From: a virus
Lineage: Duplodnaviria > Caudoviricetes
Strand: one strand, 5' to 3'
Length of the DNA: 64,000 bases
IMG/VR virus record: IMGVR_UViG_3300033066_001917
Coordinates: 136,246-200,245 of that record
The position numbers and the translations under genes were made by a program. Under the pieces are notes generated by a model, which was not told the origin of the DNA, searched no databases, and worked only from the letters and a program-made list of their open reading frames with translations. This document shows, piece after piece, positions 1 to 8,173 of this stretch. Position 1 is the stretch's first letter. Each line of letters opens with the position of its first letter.

Positions 1-170
1 CTCTGATTTCCTGAGTACCGATCAGGTGTACTGCCGTTGTACTACACCAGCGAGTCTACGTTAGCGGGAACAAGGACACGTTGTCCCTGTTCCCACTGAC
101 GTAGTCTGTGTGCTGATGAAGAACTGGTACATGGCTTCGTTTGGTATTACGCTGGTATAGGCAGAGTAGG

Positions 171-437
171 TTAGAGATTCGACCGACCCTGACGGACGGT
201 TGCAATCTCTTCTGGTGTCCGTGGGTAGTACTCGGCTACTCCGATCAGGGGGCACCCTGGGGCATGCTGGAGGGCAACGGGTCCACCGTATTCCTCGCGG
301 ATCATCCAGCGCAGGCAGGACCGGCACGAACCCCTGGCGCACACGTAGTCAATATCGCAGTCCCGGCAACGACCGTCTGGGCATCCTGCGTCAGGATCAC
401 CACAATCAATGCATGGATGGTCTTCCGTGTCTTCCAT
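171..437 (-). CDS. small Cys-rich hypothetical protein
   Basis: 88 aa ORF packed directly behind the methylase; several CxxC pairs. Confidence 0.55.
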   Translation of the reverse strand: MEDTEDHPCIDCGDPDAGCPDGRCRDCDIDYVCARGSCRSCLRWMIREEYGGPVALQHAPGCPLIGVAEYYPRTPEEIATVRQGRSNL

Positions 438-440
438 GGG

Positions 441-1370
441 TCAGAACATCTCCAGAACGTTCGTCTTGTTGTTGACGCAGTGGGGAGAGTACCACAAAGA
501 CTCCAAACGAGCCCCCTCACCAGGGGCATGATCTGACTGGTTGGCATACCCACCCTTAGCTTTCCAGTGATGGAGGGTCCATCCGTGGTTCTCGATCTCG
601 GTGTGTTCACCAGGGAGTCCGGCCAGGACAATGCGAATGCGTGGGTTGGCTCCCTGCTCGATGCACCACTCCCGGACCTGGGCTGATAGGTTGGTTCCGG
701 TGCCCCCCATCGCATACTGCTGGTTGCCAGTGGCATAGGGGGGGTCAAGGAAAATTCCCACGGTGGAGTTTCCGTGCAGGGTGTGGTCCGCTGGGAAGAG
801 GGTTGTACGTGACCCACACACCCTCTTCCAGTCACCACAACAGACTCGTACCCTAGACAGGCGTTTGGACAGGGACACAATGTGTTCCACCTGGGATGCG
901 GGGTCCCTGCCTACGATTCCCCTCCCGAGGTCACTGAGGGAGGGTAGCTGACGTGAGGGCTTGCTCATCCACCCAGAGCCAATCCAGGAGTTCTGCCCCC
1001 AACACCACCACCCTGCCACCTTGGGGTCACACCACTCAGGGTCAGCCAGGAGTTTCTCTACGAGGCCATCCCTGTTGTCAATGAGCCACTGATGCCGGGC
1101 GTGAAGGTCCACCTCGGAGATGGGCCAATCCAGGTGGTGGGCTACCTCCTCCGGTTTGAGCCTGGAAGCCCGCCAGAAGTTTGCCACCATCCCATCGGCA
1201 TCGTTGAGGGTCTCCAAACGGTCTTTGTTTGGGCGTGCAAGGAGGACTGCGGCAGACCCACAGAAAGGTTCGATGTAGTGGTCCGGGTTTCCAAGGGCTT
1301 CCCACACCTGGGAAGCCGCGCGGCTTTTGCCGCCGAAATAATAGAAGGGTGCTCTGAGAAGGTTCGCCAT
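441..1370 (-). CDS. DNA adenine methyltransferase (Dam/D12-like)
   Basis: YFGGKSR, YIEPFCGSAAV (SAM-binding) and FLDPPY catalytic motif. Confidence 0.9.
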   Translation of the reverse strand: MANLLRAPFYYFGGKSRAASQVWEALGNPDHYIEPFCGSAAVLLARPNKDRLETLNDADGMVANFWRASRLKPEEVAHHLDWPISEVDLHARHQWLIDNRDGLVEKLLADPEWCDPKVAGWWCWGQNSWIGSGWMSKPSRQLPSLSDLGRGIVGRDPASQVEHIVSLSKRLSRVRVCCGDWKRVCGSRTTLFPADHTLHGNSTVGIFLDPPYATGNQQYAMGGTGTNLSAQVREWCIEQGANPRIRIVLAGLPGEHTEIENHGWTLHHWKAKGGYANQSDHAPGEGARLESLWYSPHCVNNKTNVLEMF

Positions 1371-1546
1371 GTGATCTCCAGTGAGATGATACCGGGACTT
1401 ACGATCAGATCACTTGCGGCCAATAATAAAGTGGCCCTCCTCGGCGGGGACCACTATAAATTTGCTGTCTTCATTGGTGAAACGACCACAAACGTAATTT
1501 ACGGTTCGTGTCCACCCGTTGGCAATACCTCACGTAAGGATATAAC

Positions 1547-2479
1547 CTAGCTACCCATCAAAGAGAGAATTGAATCGTCATCCATTTCTTTGAGGCAATG
1601 AGGGCTCATCCAAAGTCTCTCCCGACGAGAATTCTCTTTGGATTGATCCGACCTGCGAATACCACCTGAGACCCAAGCCAGAACATTCCAACCATGCTTT
1701 TCTAATTCCTTATGCTCGGTGTCGTAACCAGCTAGAACAATCCGAAGGGTTGGGTCAGATCCATTTTCCAGACACCACTTCTGAACCTCTTTGCTAAGTT
1801 CCTGGTTATCATTGTCACCATAGCAATTCCCATCACGATCCGGATCGCTGTAGGGGGGATCAAGAAAGACGCCTGCCACCCTCCCCCTACCCAACTCACC
1901 CCACAATACGGACGGAGTAAGAACTCTTTTCCAATCGCCGCACAGGACCCTCACTCTTTTCATCCGGTTATGAAGGGCCGTTAGATCCTCAAAGGCATTG
2001 AAGGCCAACCTATGAACACCATGACCAGCTACATGACCAGAGCATTGAGGTTTGATGTTATGGAGCTTCCCCTCACACCACCCCCCACCAAACCATGTGC
2101 TTTTTCCCCAAGCCCACCAACCAGCTATTTTCGGGTCGCACCACTCCGGGTCAGATTTGAGGCTCTCTAGAAGTTCCTTGTTTTGATTCCACAACCATCT
2201 GTGCCGACAATGTAGATCAACCTCTGATACGGGGAATTGAATGTGCTGGATAACATCTTGCGGTTTGGACGCCACGGAACGCCAGAAGTTGGAAATGAAG
2301 CCGTTTACATCATTAACGGTTTCAATCCAGGGTCCTGAACCAGGGCGGGCCAATAAAACCGCAGCAGATCCACAAAATGGTTCAACGTAGGTATCTACAT
2401 CCCCTAGGGACTTCCAAATCTCATCTGCTATTCTTGATTTCCCACCAAAATAGGGGAACGGGGCTTTCAACTCGGTCAT
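1547..2479 (-). CDS. DNA adenine methyltransferase, tandem paralogue
   Basis: PYFGGKSR, YVEPFCGSAAV, FLDPPY; shares DPEWCDPKxAGWW with 441..1370. Confidence 0.9.
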   Translation of the reverse strand: MTELKAPFPYFGGKSRIADEIWKSLGDVDTYVEPFCGSAAVLLARPGSGPWIETVNDVNGFISNFWRSVASKPQDVIQHIQFPVSEVDLHCRHRWLWNQNKELLESLKSDPEWCDPKIAGWWAWGKSTWFGGGWCEGKLHNIKPQCSGHVAGHGVHRLAFNAFEDLTALHNRMKRVRVLCGDWKRVLTPSVLWGELGRGRVAGVFLDPPYSDPDRDGNCYGDNDNQELSKEVQKWCLENGSDPTLRIVLAGYDTEHKELEKHGWNVLAWVSGGIRRSDQSKENSRRERLWMSPHCLKEMDDDSILSLMGS

Positions 2480-2510
2480 ACAAGAGGTTACCCCTCTTGT
2501 GTGATGGGGA

Positions 2511-2747
2511 TTAAGGATTGATTGATGACACTCTGATTACCCTAATGGGTACCCCCATATAGTCATCCGGCATAAACCCAAGGGATCGCAATTTACGGAC
2601 GTAAACAACGAACTCCCAATACCCCTTCTCGTCGCTTACTCCCACACTAACCAGTGCCCCTCCGACCAACTTTAAGAGAAGGTCATTGAGTTGGAAAGAT
2701 AAATACTCCATCCGCTCTTTGGTGTATTCTTCCGAGGGGTATCCCAT
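2511..2747 (-). CDS. hypothetical protein
   Basis: start moved to ATG 2747 because the longer ORF runs through the tRNA. Confidence 0.5.
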   Translation of the reverse strand: MGYPSEEYTKERMEYLSFQLNDLLLKLVGGALVSVGVSDEKGYWEFVVYVRKLRSLGFMPDDYMGVPIRVIRVSSINP

Positions 2748-2749
2748 AG

Positions 2750-2822
2750 TGTCACTGGTGAGACTTGCACTCACACCCTGCGGCTTATGAAACCGCCGCT
2801 CCACTACTTGAGCTACAGTGAC
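2750..2822 (-). tRNA. tRNA-Met or Ile2 (CAT)
   Basis: acceptor GTCACTG/CAGTGAC, anticodon arm GCGGT-TTCATAA-GCCGC, T loop TGCAAGT. Confidence 0.88.
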
Positions 2823-2824
2823 GT

Positions 2825-3148
2825 TCAAGCCCTTGGGGCTGCTAACAAAACCTTAACCCTGTCGCCAAACTTAGGCCCACGGACTGTTACTTTCCCCGTC
2901 ATAAACTGAATCATTCCGTGGGACTTTTCAACCCTAACTACTTCAGCACCCCATAGAGCCATAACACCGCCCCGAAGGCTGGACAGATTCCCTTGGAAGT
3001 CTATGACTTGGAAATCCTTATCGTTCATGGTGACCTGGGTGACATCGGCCCACTGCTCCGCATCCTCAAAAGCATCATGGATGTCTTCAATCGACGGAGG
3101 CCAGTGGTCAATCGTCAGAGTGATGTCCGGGGATGGGGTTTTAGCCAT
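2825..3148 (-). CDS. hypothetical protein
   Basis: ATG 3148 preceded by GTAA-N7 motif. Confidence 0.55.
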   Translation of the reverse strand: MAKTPSPDITLTIDHWPPSIEDIHDAFEDAEQWADVTQVTMNDKDFQVIDFQGNLSSLRGGVMALWGAEVVRVEKSHGMIQFMTGKVTVRGPKFGDRVKVLLAAPRA

Positions 3149-3171
3149 GGGGATATTACCCCATCTCCTAT

Positions 3172-3534
3172 TTATCGGACATACCAGTGAAGGGCCCATC
3201 CAGGATCGCCAAAAGGGATCCGATATTTCTCACAGAAGGATCGGAGGATGGCATCCATCGAACCTGCGTCCGTACCTTTCGGGAAGTCCCGGAAATAAAC
3301 GAGATTTCTAGGGTCTATATCCCAATGGTAAGCGATATTTCGTCGGCTTTTCATGAGATAGAGGAAAAACCTCCGGTCCTTTGTGTCTTCCGGGTTCGGC
3401 CTCTCAATGTAAACTTGGGGGTCCTTAGTTCCATCCCACTGTACGGCCTGACGAACGGTCATATCCGACCCATAAAGATCAGACTCCTGAATTATGAGAC
3501 CATAAACAACGTCAACTCCAAGATGCATTCCCAT
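3172..3534 (-). CDS. hypothetical protein
   Basis: 120 aa ORF in packed minus-strand run. Confidence 0.55.
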   Translation of the reverse strand: MGMHLGVDVVYGLIIQESDLYGSDMTVRQAVQWDGTKDPQVYIERPNPEDTKDRRFFLYLMKSRRNIAYHWDIDPRNLVYFRDFPKGTDAGSMDAILRSFCEKYRIPFGDPGWALHWYVR

Positions 3535-3539
3535 GAGGA

Positions 3540-3965
3540 CTAACCTTTCAGATGTTGAATTACCAGTTCCGGGACGTCCTTAGATGTCATCGGATCCAAA
3601 ATGTGAAATTGGAGATGTTTCCTACTGAGGGATGTCTTCCAGGAGTTGGGTAGGTCTCCTTTCCACAAAGAGTTGAGTTCCGGGAGGATGGTTAAACCCT
3701 CTAGGGGAAACCCACCGTTAACGAAACACACCAATGATTTGAGTCTCTTTGCCCCATCTATGATTTCCCAATCTCCGCGGATGTCCTGACGGACATAAAT
3801 AGGCGGAAGAGGAAAATCGCAGACAATCGATTCAATCAATTTTGACATTTTATCTGTGGGCCAAATCCCATGGTCCGAAAAATAAATGTCGCTGTGATCA
3901 ATTCGGTCTAGGGTTTCTCTAACCGTAAGCTGGCGGCTGTGCCAGCGAATATATGGCTCTACCAT
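3540..3965 (-). CDS. stand-alone DUF262 (GmrS/ParB-like) domain protein
   Basis: W..SKLIESI..FPLPPIY..WEIIDGAKRL; canonical motif is DGQQR. Confidence 0.75.
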   Translation of the reverse strand: MVEPYIRWHSRQLTVRETLDRIDHSDIYFSDHGIWPTDKMSKLIESIVCDFPLPPIYVRQDIRGDWEIIDGAKRLKSLVCFVNGGFPLEGLTILPELNSLWKGDLPNSWKTSLSRKHLQFHILDPMTSKDVPELVIQHLKG

Positions 3966-3968
3966 GAA

Positions 3969-4262
3969 TCAATGGGCCTTTCCGCATGAAGCGCAGGTTG
4001 GGGAAATGGGGTATTCATCCCGATCTCGAACGGTACAAGCGTGGTAGGCACCGCAGTGGGGACATTTCCGCGGGAGCTTGGGATAGGTCACGTCCGCCAG
4101 GGCATAGGAAGAGAGCTTCCCGTTGTCCCACTGGATGTCAACCATGAACTCCCAATCGCGTTCTCGGCGGTAGTGGCGAACCACCCGACCGACCACACCG
4201 GGTTCGTCAGAGATGAGACGGCTGTCCACGGGAAGGTTCCCACGGTGATACTTGGCATTCAT
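3969..4262 (-). CDS. hypothetical protein with C-terminal Zn ribbon
   Basis: CPHCG and CASCG; SD and both upstream motifs present. Confidence 0.55.
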   Translation of the reverse strand: MNAKYHRGNLPVDSRLISDEPGVVGRVVRHYRRERDWEFMVDIQWDNGKLSSYALADVTYPKLPRKCPHCGAYHACTVRDRDEYPISPTCASCGKAH

Positions 4263-4308
4263 GGTGTTCGTTACCTCTCAACCCTGTATGGGTTGACGGT
4301 TGAGGGAA

Positions 4309-4596
4309 TCAAAACGCTTGGTTGATCAGGTCGTCGAATCCCGCTGGGTGAATCCACGGCCGCGGGGTAGCCCGATACACATGAGCCTGCCTACCCATGA
4401 ACTTGACAGTGTAGGAGATCCAATCCTCACCTTTGGATTCACTTTCAACCTCCACTGTCTCACCTTCCGTAGCGTAGACACCACAGAAGGGGTCAACACC
4501 ACGGAAATAGGGTCGACCTATAGTGTGGAGGAAAAACTCCTCCACAGGTAGTGGTAGCTGAATGATGTCATGATCCGTCAGAGTTAGAGTTGCCAT
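4309..4596 (-). CDS. hypothetical protein
   Basis: GTAA-N7-ATG start. Confidence 0.55.
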   Translation of the reverse strand: MATLTLTDHDIIQLPLPVEEFFLHTIGRPYFRGVDPFCGVYATEGETVEVESESKGEDWISYTVKFMGRQAHVYRATPRPWIHPAGFDDLINQAF

Positions 4597-4615
4597 GACA
4601 CTGTTACTCGAATAG

Positions 4616-4691
4616 TCGGAGTGAGTGGATTCGAACCACCGATCTCTGCGTTCCGAACGCAGCGCCTTAGACCAGACTAGACCACACCCCG
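4616..4691 (-). tRNA. tRNA-Pro (CGG)
   Basis: CTGCG-TTCGGAA-CGCAG arm, TTCGAAT T loop, C1-G72, A73. Confidence 0.92.
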
Positions 4692-4701
4692 GAGAAAATA
4701 G

Positions 4702-4776
4702 TCAGGGTAACAGGATTTGAACCTGCGAACCTCCCGGATCCCGACCGGGCACTCTTCCAGACTGAGCTATACCCTG
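4702..4776 (-). tRNA. tRNA-Pro (GGG), C33
   Basis: CAGGGTA/TACCCTG acceptor, CCCGG-TCGGGAT-CCGGG arm. Confidence 0.85.
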
Positions 4777-4802
4777 ATTTGGGGGTCAACCCCCCGAAGC
4801 TA

Positions 4803-5336
4803 TCAAATCGAAATCGCCAACATCTGCTGACGAAGCTGCTCGCGACGTTTTCCGTACGTCCGAACAACATCATCATGGATACGAGGATCCAAGTAAGAAC
4901 GAACATCCTCCTCGTTAGCCATCATCTTCCGAACCATCGTTGCAGAAATGTTTGGTCGACCGGGGCCAGAACGGTCCCACACTTCTGTGGTGTAACCTCG
5001 GCTAGAGAAGATATCCAGATCTTCTTTGCACCCACCATAAAACACCGGGCAATCCGGATATTCCTGGGCCAGACGGACCAAGTCATTCAGGGCATAAAGC
5101 CAATCATGATCAGAGTTGAAATCCGGGAGTGGTGCGATCCGGAGCTTGGGGTAGCATCGCCGCAACCAAGTACTGCGATCCTCATAGGTGAACAGATTGC
5201 GTTCTGTCATGGGGGAATTGGCGCTCCCCAGGACTACGAGATGCTCTTGTCCATGTCGGCGGAGAAGCTCATCTAGATTCTGCATATGGCCCAGATGAAG
5301 TGGACTGAAGCGACCGACGCAAACGCCTAGGGTCAT
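4803..5336 (-). CDS. NMN adenylyltransferase-like nucleotidyltransferase (NadM type)
   Basis: GRFSPLHLGH (HxGH), LGSAN, NLFTYEDR, ISATMVR. Confidence 0.82.
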   Translation of the reverse strand: MTLGVCVGRFSPLHLGHMQNLDELLRRHGQEHLVVLGSANSPMTERNLFTYEDRSTWLRRCYPKLRIAPLPDFNSDHDWLYALNDLVRLAQEYPDCPVFYGGCKEDLDIFSSRGYTTEVWDRSGPGRPNISATMVRKMMANEEDVRSYLDPRIHDDVVRTYGKRREQLRQQMLAISI

Positions 5337-5363
5337 GGTGGACTCCTTAGGTTATAGGTTGAC

Positions 5364-5609
5364 CTAAACTTCGGCGCCCGTGGATTCCTGGTCCTGGGCC
5401 TCGAAGATTGAGATCACATTCCAGGCAGGGTGTGGGTAGGAGGGATTAGACCCATCCAGGTAGGATCGGAGGTTGTCGAGATTAAGACCCTTGGCCCATA
5501 GAGAGACACGTTCACACCGGAACGTATCACCGGAAAGCTCACCAACACGAACCTTATCCGCACACATCAGAATAACACGCTTCATCATTCGTACCTTTGG
5601 TTGAACCAT
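5364..5609 (-). CDS. hypothetical protein
   Basis: ATG 5609 downstream of tRNA-Ser. Confidence 0.45.
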   Translation of the reverse strand: MVQPKVRMMKRVILMCADKVRVGELSGDTFRCERVSLWAKGLNLDNLRSYLDGSNPSYPHPAWNVISIFEAQDQESTGAEV

Positions 5610-5636
5610 TGAAATCCGACGTTCCTTGTTGTCGGG

Positions 5637-5722
5637 CGGCGGGAGGGGGAGTCGAACCCTCAAGGGCTTGTGGCCTCGGCGGTTTTCAAGACCGTTTTCG
5701 TCACCAATCGATTTGCCCCGCC
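5637..5722 (-). tRNA. tRNA-Ser (TGA)
   Basis: loop CTTGAAA, long variable arm, G73. Confidence 0.88.
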
Positions 5723-5785
5723 ATGTGGGGTCGTTGGATGTTACGCCAACGACCCCGGATATGATTGATCTTTCTTGTGGGTTTC

Positions 5786-6286
5786 CTAAACGTATGGGGC
5801 CCAGGTCGGATGGATCTCAGCCGGGAGGGCGGAATCCACCGAGACCGGACGGGCAGGTACGGTTCGCAGCACCATCTTTGCCTGCTCCGGTGTACGGTCA
5901 GCCTTTTTCGCATTGCAGGGCTGGCACGACGCCACGATATTGGTCCAGTCCGTCTTCCCACCCTTGGAGCGCGGGAGAACGTGATCCAGGGTGAGCTCTA
6001 CCCCGGAGAAGGTCTTGCCGCAGTACTGACAGCAGTAACCGTCTCGGCGGTAAACGTTCGCACGCGAGAACCGGGCACGACGCTCCTGCCGGGCGTACTT
6101 GCGCAGTCTCACGACTGAGGGCATCTGGATCGTGAGAGACGGGGATGAGACAGGGATATCGTAGGATTCTAGGACATCCACCTTTCCGAGGAAGTCGAGC
6201 GTGACCGCCCGCTCCCAGGGGATGACCCCCATCACTTCATACGAGGCATTGAGGAGGAGAGCAACGAGGGACATGACGATGACCAT
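5786..6286 (-). CDS. HNH endonuclease (McrA-like)
   Basis: RDGYCCQYCG, TLDHVLPRSKGG, NIVASCQPCNAKK. Confidence 0.92.
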   Translation of the reverse strand: MVIVMSLVALLLNASYEVMGVIPWERAVTLDFLGKVDVLESYDIPVSSPSLTIQMPSVVRLRKYARQERRARFSRANVYRRDGYCCQYCGKTFSGVELTLDHVLPRSKGGKTDWTNIVASCQPCNAKKADRTPEQAKMVLRTVPARPVSVDSALPAEIHPTWAPYV

Positions 6287-6319
6287 TTCTGCCCCCGCGT
6301 TGTGAGGGGCTAGTGATTG

Positions 6320-6407
6320 CGGAAGGTGAGGGAATTGAACCCACGGACCTTATTAGGGCCAACCGTTTTCGAAACGGTCCCAACAAACCAGCATTTGGCT
6401 ACCTTCC
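6320..6407 (-). tRNA. tRNA-Ser (CGA)
   Basis: ACCGT-TTCGAAA-ACGGT, long variable arm, G73. Confidence 0.9.
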
Positions 6408-6425
6408 ACGAGTTGAATTTCATAG

Positions 6426-6515
6426 CGGTGAGCAAGAGAATTGAACTCTTGGGCCCCTTTTGAGGACCATCTGCTTTCCAGGCAGACCCAGCGAACCAAC
6501 ATCTGGCTGCTCACC
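6426..6515 (-). tRNA. tRNA-Ser (GGA)
   Basis: TCTGC-CTGGAAA-GCAGA, long variable arm, G73. Confidence 0.9.
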
Positions 6516-6574
6516 TTGATATCGGTTAAGAGATAGAGAAACAAAGGGAAAACCGACATTCCCGGGTAATTATT

Positions 6575-6781
6575 TTAGTACGTATCGTCTTCGTACCGCT
6601 TGGGTTTGGGCTTGTTGATGATTCTACGGCACTGAGGACAGGTCACATACCTTACGTCTTCCCCCTCATCATGATCTCTGAATTCAACAATGTCCCCCGG
6701 ATGGAAAGCCACCCGATAGCGACAATGTGGGCAAACTTCTTCCCATTCCCCTTCGGGGCGTTTACTTACGACCCTAGCCAT
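6575..6781 (-). CDS. small Zn-ribbon protein
   Basis: CPHC and CPQC; SD upstream. Confidence 0.6.
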   Translation of the reverse strand: MARVVSKRPEGEWEEVCPHCRYRVAFHPGDIVEFRDHDEGEDVRYVTCPQCRRIINKPKPKRYEDDTY

Positions 6782-6800
6782 TGCTTTCCAACCTACTTAT

Positions 6801-6876
6801 TGGCATCCTCGGCAGGAATCGCACCTGCGACCTTCGGCTTAGGAAGCCGCCGCTCTATCTCCTGAGCTACGAGGAC
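6801..6876 (-). tRNA. tRNA-Arg (CCT)
   Basis: CGGC-TTCCTAA-GCCG, T loop TGCGATT, encoded CCA. Confidence 0.9.
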
Positions 6877-6883
6877 ATCGAAT

Positions 6884-6961
6884 TGGTGCACACGGTGGGA
6901 TTCGAACCCACACTGCTCGGCTTCTGAGACCGATGCCTCCTAACCTTTGGGCTACGTGTGC
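6884..6961 (-). tRNA. tRNA-Leu (CAG), short variable loop
   Basis: TCGGT-CTCAGAA-GCCGA, 5-nt variable region, ACCA end. Confidence 0.9.
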
Positions 6962-6964
6962 TCT

Positions 6965-7042
6965 TGGTCCCCGTGATAGGTCTTGCACCTACACTATATC
7001 TCAGGTTTGAGCTGAGTGCGACTGCTTTTGCGCCACACGGGG
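6965..7042 (-). tRNA. tRNA-Leu (CAA), short variable loop
   Basis: CTCAG-CTCAAAC-CTGAG, T loop TGCAAGA, ACCA end. Confidence 0.85.
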
Positions 7043-7159
7043 GAACAATGTCCGTCTCTCCGGACTGTCAAGCACCCAAAAAGACCCCAACAAACACGCT
7101 CGCTTTGTTGCATTTGCTGGTGGCCGTCTTTCCGACCTGTCTTCTATTAAAGAGCATGT

Positions 7160-7243
7160 CCTTACACGAACGGACAATATTCCGACTGGATTGGACTCAA
7201 GGGGAAACCTTACACGAACGGGTTAATATTCCGACTGGATTGG
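7160..7243. repeat. two-copy ~35 bp direct repeat, probably a duplicated GTAA-class promoter
   Basis: CCTTACACGAACGG(AC/GTT)AATATTCCGACTGGATTGG at 7160-7194 and 7208-7243. Confidence 0.75.
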
Positions 7244-7249
7244 TTTCCT

Positions 7250-7324
7250 TGGCACTCCCGGTGGGAATCGAACCCACGTTTAGAGATTGAAAGGCTCTGA
7301 TCCTAACCTTTAGAAGACGGGAGC
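7250..7324 (-). tRNA. tRNA-Glu (TTC)
   Basis: loop CTTTCAA, TTCGATT T loop, GCCA end. Confidence 0.88.
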
Positions 7325-7378
7325 AACATTCACTATTACGATCGGTAGCGATAACTGATTTACCAAATCGACACTGTT

Positions 7379-7543
7379 TTAGTTGTGGGCCAACAATCGA
7401 TCCGTGAGCTGTTCCCACAAGCTCTCCTCCCAAGGGCTAAGATCCTCACCCCGGGCCTCGGCTTCGTGAAGTTGGAGGGAGAGGGCCTCAGCCTTCACCG
7501 GATCAAAGTTTTCCAAGGCTTCTCGCAACTGCTTTAGATACAT
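7379..7543 (-). CDS. 54-aa acidic helical protein (below ORF-track cutoff)
   Basis: GAGG SD; MYLKQLREALENFDPVKAEALSLQLHEAEARGEDLSPWEE... Confidence 0.55.
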   Translation of the reverse strand: MYLKQLREALENFDPVKAEALSLQLHEAEARGEDLSPWEESLWEQLTDRLLAHN

Positions 7544-7575
7544 CACACACCTCACTGGAATTAGCGGAAATTAAG

Positions 7576-7733
7576 TGCAGCGTGTCGGGCTCGATCCCGA
7601 ATCATCAACCCACCGTACTCACCACCCACGAACGTGGCTTTCGGAAAGGTTGGTGACGACCCATCCCATCCCCTTAACCCCTGGGTTCGTGACCCCCCAA
7701 AGATTAGGCGAAGTGAGATATGTGTCGCGCTGC
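7576..7733 (-). ncRNA. tRNA-like RNA with large internal domain
   Basis: terminal helix GCAGCG/CGCTGC-A and T-arm-like TCGGG-ATCGAG-CCCGA; begins 2 nt after tRNA-Arg. Confidence 0.5.
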
Positions 7734-7734
7734 T

Positions 7735-7807
7735 TGGCACCCCATACAGGAGTCGAACCTGTCATGGCTGGTTTAGAAGACCTGCCTCCGCGTCCGGCGG
7801 ATGGGGC
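7735..7807 (-). tRNA. tRNA-Arg (TCT), atypical D arm
   Basis: GCCCCAT/ATGGGGT, CAGGT-CTTCTAA-ACCAG, TTCGACT T loop, GCCA end; no U8. Confidence 0.72.
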
Positions 7808-7816
7808 ATAGAAACA

Positions 7817-7942
7817 TAGAGATGGTTGGATTTGAACCAACGTCCTGCGCCTGTTTTATCCGATTAAACTACATCCCCCTTACGGAAGAGGTGGGATTCG
7901 AACCCACAATCTGGCACTGTTCCGCCTCAGAACTTCATCTCT
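7817..7942 (-). ncRNA. twin-elbow tRNA-like RNA with no anticodon loop
   Basis: two D arms, two T arms (TTCGAAT, TTCAAAT), AGAGATG/CATCTCT outer stem, shared GTGCC/GGCGC helix. Confidence 0.78.
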
Positions 7943-7950
7943 TCAATCGG

Positions 7951-8022
7951 TAGGTCCGTAGGGTAACGATCCCTCTTCTGCGGCTTAAAAGGCCGCGGCT
8001 CATCCACTAAAGCTTCGGACCC
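7951..8022 (-). tRNA. tRNA-Lys (TTT)
   Basis: GCGGC-CTTTTAA-GCCGC; variant T loop ATCGTTA. Confidence 0.82.
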
Positions 8023-8173
8023 ATGTGACGGGTTGGGTACCGTCCCCGATTAGATCGGACTATTTTTTTGACCCGGAGTTTCCGGTATTCCCCAGCTAGG
8101 GGTCTGCTGCGGGTGCGGCCCCCGATGAGCTGCGATATCATGATCGCAATCGGGACTAAGCGTCACCCTCTCG

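Noticed and set aside
7160-7243. Direct repeat as a mini CRISPR array
   Set aside because: Only two copies, 13-nt gap, no cas genes; each copy contains the GTAA element
7735-7807. Amber suppressor (CTA) reading of this tRNA, and stop-codon reassignment generally
   Set aside because: The stem pairs only with loop CTTCTAA (TCT); recognisable genes end properly at TAG, TAA and TGA under the standard code
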